DNA of 64,000 nt from positions 383,160,001 through 383,224,000 of the forward strand of contig OZ024740.1 of assembly GCA_964016885.1 (NCBI GenBank). The letters are read 5' to 3'. The translations under genes and the position numbers were made by a program. This document shows, piece after piece, positions 43,823-55,655 of the stretch. Source of the stretch: Eledone cirrhosa (taxonomy: Eukaryota). The notes below the pieces were generated by a model. The model worked only from the letters and a program-made list of their open reading frames with translations, ran no database searches and had not been told where the DNA came from. Positions within the stretch are counted from its first letter, which is position 1. Every line of letters starts with the position of its first letter.

Positions 43823-44977
43823 ACAAATACATACATATGTATATATGCAAGTATATATGTACACTAGGTATGAAGGTTTGTATGATGTACATATGGACGT
43901 ATGTATGAATGTGTTTTTCTGGTTTTATTAATTTGTAAATTTTCAGCAATAGTGAGAAAGCCGATTTTTATCAGACACAAGTCTCTCTCATTGTGTCTAT
44001 GTCAATATCATCTAAGCAAATACGTATGTATGTCTATCATATTTTGTAAGTGCGTGCGCGTGCGCACGCCTGTGTCTGAGAGAGAGAGTGTGTGTGTATG
44101 TGCGTATATGTGTGTGTGTATGTGCGCGTGTGTGCTGGCATTGATGTTATAGTATGTAGAGAAGAATGTCCTGAGATAAGTATTGACAACCCCACTTTTA
44201 GTTGATATATACATATATATCAACATCAAATTTGTTGGATGAACATTCTCATTAAAGGTTCTGCCTAAATGTAGCCATAACTATTTTGATATAATTGTTT
44301 GAGACAAAAATGAAAAACATATATACTGTATAGAGGTCAGCTGAACTGCAAATGCGAACTTTGTTTCGCCAATCCCAATGGATAAGCATATTATAGACAA
44401 TTGGTTGACAACATTCAGATTTTGAATTCAGAATATATATACATTTTACAACAACAAATCATTTGGTTCATTATGTTAGACGTTTCCCCAGTTACAAACT
44501 GAAAAGGCTGAAATTCTTAAACAAATACAATTATCTGGCATACAAACATCTTTATAAATACAATCTGTTCTCATATATGGGTACCTGAAATGTCTCCATG
44601 AATATCGGCACTACTTCATGGGCTACAATATTGGCAGACCGCTTCTAATAGGTTAAGGATAGCTAAACATGTTTCAACACACAGAGAATTTTTCTCAGAC
44701 ATTGTCAACTTAAACATATGAATAATGTACTTTGGCGGACTGATTATAATAATGAAATTTTGTGTTACGTACAATTCTGCATTTTTGAAACATAGATCCC
44801 TACTCCTACATCTAGATGTCTCAGTGACAAAAGATTTAGGCTAGACTTCTAGGTAAAATTTAATAAGTTAAAACTTCACCAAAAACCAGGATTCGAAACG
44901 TTGTAACAATGGATTCAGTTTGTAAATTTCGAAAGACTGCTGAAAACACTCAAGCTCGCGGTCGAATCCATACCTCA

Positions 44978-45078
<101 letters not shown>

Positions 45079-45602
45079 TGGACTTACTTTTCGTTGGTTC
45101 GTTAATGCAATTTCTTATTATTTAACATTCGTTTTCCGTCTAATTTCTCTAAATTACACATTGTCAACAACTACAAAATGCGATTGAGTTTATTAAATAT
45201 TGGCAGCTGATCAAATAAATATTCGATATATATGAAATGCCTCCTCTTATGTGTGAGTCGACGGCATCATTATTCGAATCGAGGCGTGTGTACAGCAGGA
45301 TCATTATTTTTACTGTTTCATAGGACTGCCAGCAACTTTGATGATCTTGATGTTTTTAAAACTGTGGCAAACTACGACCTCCCAAATTGATTGTGCAAAA
45401 ACTGGGACACTACTCTGAGCCACTTGAAATTCGATAACAAACATAGTTACATTCGTACATATGGACAAACAGACCCATAAACAGAGAAATATAAATGTGT
45501 GCGTGTGTGTGTGTGGTGTCTGTGTGTTTTTGCGTGGCGATGTGGCGAATCACGAAAAAAAAATAATGTTCGTTAAAAGCTATATTTTATGTTCATAAGT
45601 AA

Positions 45603-46266
<664 letters not shown>

Positions 46267-46628
46267 TGTCTAATTTAAACGAGGTAACCAACTACTCACT
46301 AAAGTAAGCTCATAAAATCCTGGCAAGTGATCAAAAGATAAAGATATAAGTCAAAAAATATAAATATGTGGTGTAGTGAAAGGGGGAATATTCATAGAGA
46401 GAAATTTATGATTTTCTATCATTGATTTAATTTACAAAGCAGCTGGCATTAACGTTAGCCAGCACTGTGTGGTAAACTTTAACACAAAAATAAATATAAA
46501 AGTTATTGTTGATATATCCTTCCGTTATTTATTGTACTACCTCAAGGGAAGTATTTTTGATTAACACTTATTATAGATTTTAGTAAAGCGTTTGAGAGGG
46601 AATTTTGCCGAATTTATCGAATCTAATA

Positions 46629-46680
<52 letters not shown>

Positions 46681-46681
46681 T

Positions 46682-46720
<39 letters not shown>

Positions 46721-46865
46721 TTTTGAGTTCATGCTGGTTGTATACCAACACCTCAGTATGCATCTGGAGCACTCGACGAAGTGCGCAGGTTGGTTTGGTT
46801 ACCCCGGTGTAGTGTAAAATAAAGTTAAATAAAAGTCAAATGATTAAAATTTAGCTTCGTTTATT

Positions 46866-46920
46866 ACTGCTATATATATTTCAGTGACAGCCATCTTTGG
46901 CTGTGACCTCTTCAGGCAGT
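46866..46920 (-). ncRNA. Minimal type I hammerhead ribozyme
   Basis: Reverse complement reads actgc-CTGAAGA-ggtcacagcca-aaga-tggctgtcact-GAAA-tatata-TA-gcagt. Confidence 0.85.
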
Positions 46921-47085
46921 TTGAATTAGTATGGTATAGACAAGTACATATGTTGTTTAGGTGTATGATATTGTCAATACTCTGATATGCCCAGTTCCTT
47001 GTTGGGTTGTTAATTCACTGGGGAACTGGAGTCATATGACGCCAGTTCCCCAGTGAATTAACTTGTCTATACCATACTAATTCAA

Positions 47086-47140
47086 ACTGCCTGAAGAGGT
47101 CACAGCCAAAGATGGCTGACACTGAAATATATATAGCAGT
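47086..47140 (+). ncRNA. Minimal type I hammerhead ribozyme
   Basis: actgc-CTGAAGA-ggtcacagcca-aaga-tggctgacact-GAAA-tatata-TA-gcagt. Confidence 0.82.
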
Positions 47141-47184
47141 AATAAACGAAGGTAAATTTTAATCATTTGACTTTTATTTAACTT

Positions 47185-47222
<38 letters not shown>

Positions 47223-47438
47223 GTTAAAGATGTACATCCATATATGTATACTGAAATACTAGTATGTATATGAATACACACACGTATACATATGTAGATG
47301 TACCAAGTTTTTTCACTGGTCACTTTACTGTGAGTGGCCAGCTATTCTGTATGTAAACACACAGACAAACCGGTTTTTAGAGTCATACTGGTTTTTGAGG
47401 AAACACCTTTCCTCTATTCTCCAGAAAGCCAGACAAGG

Positions 47439-47483
47439 AGTATTGAACTAGTTTCGTTGTTGTTACAACTCATCAGCAATATT
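47439..47483 (-). ncRNA. Minimal type I hammerhead ribozyme (mirror copy)
   Basis: Reverse complement reads aatattg-CTGATGA-gttg-taacaa-caac-GAAA-ctag-TT-caatact. Confidence 0.85.
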
Positions 47484-47973
47484 TACCTTTCTTCCGGCCT
47501 TTCTAGAGAATCGTAAAAGCACATATCGTTATATGCTTTTACTATGAAAATTAGTAGTGGGCAGACCAATTTGCATAGAGTGTGAGTAAGTACCGGTTCA
47601 ACGGAGACGATAAAAACCGGTTTGTCTGTGTGTTTACATACAGAATAGCTGGCCACTCACAGTAAAGTGACCAGTGAAAAAACTTGGTACATCTACATAT
47701 GTATACGTGTGTGTATTCATATACATACTAGTATTTCAGTATACATATATGGATGTACATCTTTAACTTAATTGTTTAAGCGTCAGTCATACAAAAGTGA
47801 GTTACAAACGAAACGAAATTTAATTTCGTTTCGTTATTTGTTTTTATCGTCTCCGTTGAACCGGTACTTACTCACACTCTATGCAAATTGGTCTGCCCAC
47901 TACTAATTTTCATAGAAAAAGCATATAACGATATGTGCTTTTACGATTCTCTAGACAGGCCGGAAGATAGGTA

Positions 47974-48018
47974 AATATTGCTGATGAGTTGTAACAACAA
48001 CGAAACTAGTTCAATATT
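47974..48018 (+). ncRNA. Minimal type I hammerhead ribozyme, fully canonical core
   Basis: aatattg-CTGATGA-gttg-taacaa-caac-GAAA-ctag-TT-caatatt; 7-bp stem I, palindromic stem III aactagtt, GUU triplet. Confidence 0.9.
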
Positions 48019-48307
48019 CCTTGTCTTGCTTTCTGGAGAATAGAGGAAAGGTGTTTCCTCAAAAACCAGTATGACTCTAAAAACCGGTTTGTCTGTGTGT
48101 TTACATACAGAATAGCTGGCCACTCACAGTAAAGTGACCAGTGAAAAAACTTGGTACATCTACATATGTATACGTGTGTGTATTCATATACATACTAGTA
48201 TTTCAGTATACATATATGGATGTACATCTTTAACTTAATTGTTTAAGCGTCAGTCATACAAAAGTGAGTTACAAACGAAACGAAATTTAATTTCGTTTCG
48301 TTATTTG

Positions 48308-48456
<149 letters not shown>

Positions 48457-48518
48457 TTATAAATATATAAATATATATATATACTAATAATATATATATA
48501 TATATATATATAAATATA

Positions 48519-48613
<95 letters not shown>

Positions 48614-48617
48614 TATA

Positions 48618-48933
48618 TAGTTAAAAGAATAGAGGTGTAACACACAAGTTATTATATATTGGTAAACGGAATAGAAAATGCTGACAAATTGTTCACAGTT
48701 GAAAAATGGTTTAATTAGGAATAAAAGAGTATTAGTGATTGTATGGGTTAGTATTCAGTTGTGGTTTTAAGTTTTTAAGTTTTTACCGGTTGCGCATTTC
48801 TAAATGCTTTTCAACAATAATTTTGAGATAGAGTGTCCGTGCAAACACCACGGACACTCTATCTCAAAATTATTTATATTTATATATATAAATATATATA
48901 TATACTAATAATATATATATATATATAAATATA

Positions 48934-48995
<62 letters not shown>

Positions 48996-49258
48996 TATAT
49001 AGTTAAAAGAATAGAGGTGTAACACACAAGTTATTATATATTGGTAAACGGAATAGAAAATGCTGACAAATTGTTCACAGTTGAAAAATGGTTTAATTAG
49101 GAATAAAAGAGTATTAGTGATTGTATGGGTTAGTATTCAGTTGTGGTTTTAGGTTTTTAAGTTTTTACCGGTTGCGCATTTCTAAATGCTTTTCAAAAAT
49201 AATTTTGAGATAGAGTGTCCGTGCAAACACCACGGATACTCTATCTCAAAATTATTTA
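48618..49258. repeat. Direct duplication (~382-bp period including TA) of a segment ending in a ~27-bp-stem hairpin
   Basis: 48618-48876 matches 49000-49258; hairpin aataattttgagatagagtgtccgtg-caaacac-cacggacactctatctcaaaattatt. Confidence 0.85.
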
Positions 49259-50335
49259 TTAATTTTTTGTCCCTGAAAGAGTGGAGATGCGTCCTAAATC
49301 TCGTTTTAAACTAGCCAAAGGTGGCTCCTATATAGTGTTTAATTCCGCTATGGCTAGTTAGGGTGCACCTGTAAACAATCTTATCAGTTTCACCTGAGAG
49401 GGCAGCCTTCCCTATCACGACAGTTGCATCTCCGTCACGGTCGCTCCTAGTTCCTAAAGTAAAGCTATTACTATTGCTATTATGTTGTTATCTATGTCTC
49501 TAACTTCGTCGTTGGTACTGTTATCTCTCAAGGCGTGCGGTGTTGTACCATTATTATTCCGCACGCCGCAGCCCGTTCTGTTGCCGGTGGGTGACGCGTC
49601 TGGGTCGCCGATATATTCTCCAATCATGCCCCAGTTACGTGGGTTTCGTCTGCCGGGGGGGGGGGGGGCATCCACCCTATTTGGTGCTGTTAGAGTGATG
49701 TTATGGTTATATTGTTGTTGTTATGTCTAGATGTATCTGTGCTAAGGTGTAGTATTTTGTTAATCTTACTGTGATTGCTTGCTCCTATGATGTCAGCTAG
49801 ATTTGGGGGTGGTAGAGAAGGATGTTTTGATATTGTTCCTGTGAAGTATTTTTCTGTATTTATGATTATGTGGGAAATGCTTCTCCAAGGCTTCGACGAA
49901 TATCCTTGGTACGTCGGAGGCCACACTCCGTGAGTAGGGGGAAGAACCATATGATATTACGGTGGCGTTTCCTCTTTACAGTTGGTTTGTTACAGGTTGT
50001 GCTTCCTAGTTGACAGTGCTTACGGTTGTTCCTGTGCTATAGCCGGTTATTCGTCCCCATTACATTATGTTCAGGTGGGGACGCCTTACCTCTGTACTTT
50101 CTATGTGTGGCTGGACGCGGGTTCGAGGGTATTGGTAATAGGCCGCCGCAGTTGCTGGTCTTATAGTTAGGGAATAACTCTAATAGGCTGCTGCGGGTGG
50201 GGCTACCAGTCGGGTAACACTTACCATACTATCGGTTGTCTTGGTCGCCACTCATGTAATTATAGATGTAGCAAACTTTCTTAGTGTGGTTTTCTGTACT
50301 AAAGTTCTTGACGCCCTCATGGCTATAGCGTTCTC
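49259..50335 (-). pseudogene. Third PLE fragment (post-RT linker + N-terminal half of GIY-YIG), minus strand, frameshifted
   Basis: RNIIWFFP/YSRSVASDVPRIFVEALEKHFPHNHKYRKILHRNNIKTSFSTTP; NCRDREGCPL; IVYRCTLTSHSGIKHYIGAT; FKTRFRTHLHSF. Confidence 0.82.
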
Positions 50336-50390
50336 TAATTCACCGTAAATTCAGTCGTGGGACCTATATTGAACATTATTTTGCTCTCCA

Positions 50391-50433
50391 TGCCCTTGAT
50401 AAGCCCGCTTAGGGCGAAACATTCGTAGGTGCA
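50391..50433 (+). ncRNA. Type I hammerhead ribozyme with U3-A8 core (inverted relative to the adjacent PLE)
   Basis: tgccc-TTGATAA-gccc-gctta-gggc-GAAA-c-attc-g-TA-ggtgca. Confidence 0.72.
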
Positions 50434-50485
50434 CAGTTATATAAACATGTTTTAACGGTTTTAAACTCTTTGTAGTCATTTCCTT

Positions 50486-50580
<95 letters not shown>

Positions 50581-50584
<4 letters not shown>

Positions 50585-50720
50585 TAAAATAACAGATTAA
50601 AGTTTAAGCAAAGAATCGCTGCTTTCACCCTTAACGGGATCTTCTGAAACTTAGAAGATCCCGTTAAGGGTGAAAGCAGCGATTCTTTGCTTAAACTTTA
50701 ATCTGTTATTTTAATAAATA
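50581..50720. repeat. Fold-back palindrome (~64-bp arms) centred at the 5' edge of an HHR-like motif
   Basis: ttattaaaataacag...gggatcttct-gaaactt-agaagatccc...ctgttattttaataa. Confidence 0.9.
50601..50651 (-). ncRNA. Hammerhead-like motif with a U4A core variant
   Basis: Reverse complement reads agttt-CAGAAGA-tccc-gttaa-gggt-GAAA-gca..tgc-TT-aaact. Confidence 0.55.
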
Positions 50721-50866
50721 TTTGCTCTACGGTTCTTATATATTTGATATATATTTATCCTTATCGAGCCCTCTTTGGATTTTAGTCTTCAAATTTATTA
50801 TTATTACTATTATCATTATTATTATTATATTTATACATATATATACATACATAGAGAGCGCGGGAC

Positions 50867-50870
<4 letters not shown>

Positions 50871-50927
<57 letters not shown>

Positions 50928-50982
50928 TAGAGAGAGAGAGTGAGAGAGAGAGAGAGAGCGAGAGAGAGAGATTGAGAGAGAG
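50871..50982. repeat. (GATA)n(GA)n microsatellite
   Basis: Directly visible. Confidence 0.95.
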
Positions 50983-52178
50983 AAGTATTTTGAGATAAAG
51001 GATATCAGGTTGGAAATAATGACGAAAATCTATGGGAGAAAGAAAATGGAGGTGATCGTTTGGCTGTTGTCAACAGAACACTATTTAATAATTGTTGATT
51101 TTTCCTTCTAAAATCTTAATAGACATCATCAAATCGCTATTGAAACAATTATGATTATAAATATACGCAGTCATGTCATTTGGTACAACAGAAATTAATT
51201 GGATATATTAAAGATTTGGCAAGACCTGTGCACTAAACACATGAATTCAAACATGGTTTCTTTTAAAAAATTAATGTTCTTCGAAAATAAGCTTAATTCC
51301 TTAGCGTGTATCTACTATTGCCACAATATAGAAGAATAGTGTGCATGCATTCTAAGATTTGTGAAGTAACATATTATCAGGTTAATCTTCTTCTGAAATG
51401 AATAATATGCAGAGGTATTAGCGTATATATATTGGAGAGTATATGGGTTGGGATTGAATGTTTGATATTTCATATCACGCTAGTGAAGAGATACCACTTG
51501 GGGGCACATACTCTTATAATGGATCTCAGATATAGTGCGGGAATTTTACCAGCGTAAACACCCTAATTACATTGATAAATATTTTGATATTTTGCTAAGC
51601 ACGTAGTTTGTGTTAATGAAAGAAAAATGAGCGTTTCCCTTGATCCTCTATAAGGGGTTAATTACAGTTTCAATCCCGTGTCCAGTATTTTGTAATTATT
51701 ATTGGTGATTCGTTGTGTTATTACTTACTGATATGTGTATGTATTGTTATGTGAAGACACGAAAACATCATATTTGTTATTCTACACTCTGACACAGAAT
51801 ACAATAAAAGTAACCCTTATGTTGAATTATGGTTTCACTTTCTATGATCAAACCAAGCAAATAAATAATTTCCAATTTATCACTTATTTTTAGATACTCA
51901 TAAAATAATTAACAATACACAGAAGCCATTATTCTCAACATAATGTGGTACGTTGAATAATTAAATATATATATATATATATATGTTTCTTGTATATAAA
52001 CAGATATGTATTTCTTTATATATACTTCTATAATGCTTAAATACTGTCTTAGTTCTACCACCAATTAATTATGATATTGTATGTCACTGGGGTTAAACGG
52101 CACACCACAGTCAATATAAGACTGAAATGCTACCTGTCCAGCGTTTAATGCCATCTCGTATAAATGTATATATATATA

Positions 52179-52369
52179 TAACTGTTTCTACTTTAGGTAC
52201 AAGGCCAGCCATAACCCAGTGCATTACTGGTACTTTATTTTATCGACCCCGTAAGGATGAAAGGCAAAGTCAACCTTGGCGGGATTTGAACTCAGATCGT
52301 ATAGGGACGTAACTATGCTGGAAAGCATGGCGTCCAACCCACTACTGATACTGCCAATCCACCGCCCTT
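52179..52369 (-). mobile_element. Full-length Nin/Deu-domain SINE
   Basis: Reverse complement of the consensus, TA flanks. Confidence 0.9.
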
Positions 52370-52665
52370 CTATATATATATATATAACGATTATTAATTC
52401 GACCCGGTGCAGTAATGTGGTAGGTGTGTCCCTCGTTAGCCGAAATTATGACTTGGGTTTGATTCTTATTTGAGACAATTTTCAGTTCACGTGTATATGA
52501 TCCTAAAGTAGGAGTGAACAGAAATAGTTTTTTACACCATATAAAATAGTTCATATTTCAATTGAAGTTATGTTTATCGAATTGGCTTTACAGCATCCAT
52601 ATGCATGCCAATAAAGGCCTTGGGAAATACATGTCTGTCTCTCAAAACTCATTGTATCTTACTAT

Positions 52666-52850
52666 TGGATTTGCAGTATCGGTAGAGGGTCGGACGCCAT
52701 GCTTTGACGCATTGAGTTACGGCCCTTACCATTCTGAGTTCAAATCCCGCCGAGGTTAACTTTGGATTTCATCCTTACGGGGTCGATAAAATAAAGTACC
52801 AGTAATACACTGTGTAATTGCTGGCCTTGTGCCGAATGTAGAAACAATTA
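52666..52850 (+). mobile_element. Near full-length Nin/Deu-domain SINE
   Basis: Matches the consensus. Confidence 0.88.
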
Positions 52851-53337
52851 TTATGACTATTAGTGCATAATAGAAGAACAGAACTGAAGCAATTATTATT
52901 GGAGATGTGTTTTATAAAAACCAAATATGATATAAGGGTAATAGTATGAAATGATCCTTTTAGTTCAACCCAATTGTTGCTCTGCAAACATGAATATTAC
53001 CATAGTATTACTCCGTATCCATAAGACAGGACATCAGAGTTTTAGCCGGTCAACATTAAAAAAAGACATGTTTCAAAAATGCATTGCATGAAATTGGTAT
53101 TTTCGATAAACCCACAAATTAGAGAAATGTACACACGATTTAATTTAATATTTCTGTAATATAATGTTACTTTATATAATGTAAACTAATATAATTATTA
53201 CTTTTGTAATAATACATTATGCTATATAAAATTGTGTTGGCACACACATCTACGTCTTTAACACTGATTCCATTCTCTATGCTATCACCGTATGCCATTG
53301 CTGCATTATTTATAAATTATTTTTCAATTATTTTCAG

Positions 53338-53446
53338 ATCCGCGAAGGAACATGCATGTTGAGTTCAAAAACGGGAAGTGATGTTGGAGGACTTTACAAT
53401 CAAGGGTTTTCTCAAGTTCATCATTTTGAATTGAAACCATTCTTAG
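53338..53446 (+). CDS. Candidate internal coding exon of a host gene (IREGTCMLSSKTGSDVGGLYNQGFSQVHHFELKPFL)
   Basis: Strong acceptor ttttcaattattttcag|, donor ttag|gtgagt, one open frame out of three, higher GC than the flanks. Confidence 0.45.
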
Positions 53447-55555
53447 GTGAGTTAAAGAGCATCTGTCTTAATGTTCACACTTGCAAACATACATCCTCGC
53501 TTCGCCCGCAAACATACACCCTAATACCCACACACAAACTCTCAGATACGCAGACACACAAACATAATGTGTTTTCATGGATGCCGTAATATGTTGGCAA
53601 TAATACGTTTCAAATGAAAAAGCCATCAAAATTAAAATGCATTTCTATAAATTTTCTTTTGCTATTGAGCATGGATATATATTTTTAAAGATTAAATTGA
53701 ATATATAAACGCCATTTGATCAGATTTTAAAATGTTTGTAGAAATAGTTTTATTTCTACAAACGTTTTAAAATCTGAAAGTACTTAATATCATCTAATCT
53801 GATATGCCTTTAGCATACTTTGATTCTTCGCAATATTCTTGAGAGAGATGTTAAGTTTGCTTTAAATTTTACGGAAACGAATTCAGTTATATAACAATAA
53901 ATTTATTAAGCTGAACTGTATACATTACTTATTTATAAATGTTTAGAGGCATTGCTTTTTAAATTAGAAATATTTAATAATATCCAGATGTATTGGAGAA
54001 TATATTAATTTCAAGTGTGAAGGAATTTGTAAACAGTACAGGTGACCTTTTCAATAATACTAGACAACCGGCTGGATCAAATCGATTTGTTCTGACAGAT
54101 TCGTGTCATAGACAATGTGTTGTACGTGCAGTAATGAAATTCAATGCTAGCCATATATAGATAACAGAAATTACTATAAAGGTATTGATATTGGAGGCCG
54201 ATCCATTTATAAAACTTAAACGTTAGCTTGCAATGCTGATCTTAATTTTGATTATGGGTAGTTGTATAATGGGATATAGAAATCATAATCACGATATGCA
54301 AACGATGAAGTACAAACCAGTGAGCAATGTTTTTCATGGTTAATCCAGTTGTGAGAAATATCAGCCAACTGTCCCTCTATTCAAACACTACCCTTGAAGA
54401 AAATATGTCACACTCAATGCTCTAGTCTAAGATGGACTATATCGAAATGGAAAATAAGGAATTTCCTTACATGATCAATTTCCTTACATGATCAATTTCC
54501 GGCTGATCAATCACTGCGATACTGAAGCTAAATGGAATGTGTAAGATGTTATGGATCTCTACATTCTGACATTACGATGTGTAAGATGTTATTGATATCT
54601 ACATTCTGACTCATGTCCAAACCATTTTAAACACAATCATTTGAACACTACCTAGATAACTAAATATTTGTTTTACATAATTACTTAATGATTTACATAT
54701 ATTTTGTACTTAACGTTAGGTTATCTTTCGCCCATTTCGTATAAATGTCAAAAACATTCAGTCATTAAATGATGAATTTAGGAGAATTAGATATTTATAT
54801 TGTTTTGATGCTCGTCGTTTAACATTTATCTCAACGTGGAAAGACGTTCGCATTCAATATAGAACATACGATGATTATAATCGTTGTAAGGCGTTCTGTC
54901 GAGAGAAATTATTAATTGATACGATCAATTTAGCTAGCAATTTTACAAATTTCACCAATTGGTCTTTAGATTTTGCAACCTCTACAACCTTAAATAAACT
55001 AAAATATACTAAACGTTTATAGACCAGCTCTAACCTAAATATAGTAATGAAGAATAAGAGGCTTACTGTTTTCATGTTAATTTAATTTTGGATATTTGCA
55101 GCAATAGTTCTTTGCGAATGAATGAAAATAGTTGAAAACCTATAATAAAAGAGATGTATTTTTGTACAGATTCTATTTTTTTGATTTGGAAGGATTTTCT
55201 AAGCAATTATTTCAAAGTCTTCCATTCTTTAAAACGGAAAACCACCGTATTTATTTACGTTAGCTTACATTTACTGTTTTATTCTGGTATATTTATCGCA
55301 ATACTTGAACAATTCAAATTGAATTTTTATTTTGATATTAGAGAAATAATTAATATCAAAGAAGTTATTTTAATGTTATGTTTTTTTCTGTATTACGTTC
55401 ATGCACCAAAGAATAACACACATAACAATGGTGGTTGTGGCAGTTTAAGTTATGATGGATCAAGTAAATTTGTATTTTATTATTCTAAAGTAGATTCAAA
55501 ATTATTTGTGTGGTTAATATTAAAACTGAATTTATAGTAGTTTGCATATTTCTTC

Positions 55556-55655
55556 AAGTGTAAAATAATTCGTATAAATTCAACAGGAGAACCATAATAC
55601 TAAATTGATTTTCTAAGTTACATATTTTAAAGAATATCTGAGTAAATTCAATTTA
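55556..55655 (+). repeat. 100-bp dispersed direct repeat, second copy at 56691-56790
   Basis: aagtgtaaaataattcgtataaattcaacaggagaacc...gagtaaattcaattta, about 2 mismatches. Confidence 0.9.

Larger units (their letters stand above)
46815..47191. mobile_element. Nested fold-back pLTR insertion with two opposed HHRs
   Basis: Outer arms 46815-46946/47061-47191; inner arms gttaattcactggggaactgg/ccagttccccagtgaattaac. Confidence 0.85.

Noticed and set aside
47334-48123. Duplicated 60-aa ORF MASYSVCKHT...
   Set aside because: Antisense to the HHR unit, GTG start; duplicated only because of the inverted repeat
49380-49400. TGA at a Cys-like position of the minus-strand PLE (selenocysteine, as reported for some Naiad PLEs)
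   Set aside because: The fragment has many stops and frameshifts, and the other PLEs here have ordinary Cys codons; decay is the simpler explanation
54461-54610. Short tandem duplications (about 18 bp and about 39 bp period)
   Set aside because: Ordinary slippage duplications with no further structure
55154-55537. 127-aa hydrophobic ORF
   Set aside because: AT-rich F/I/L composition typical of chance ORFs; no motif
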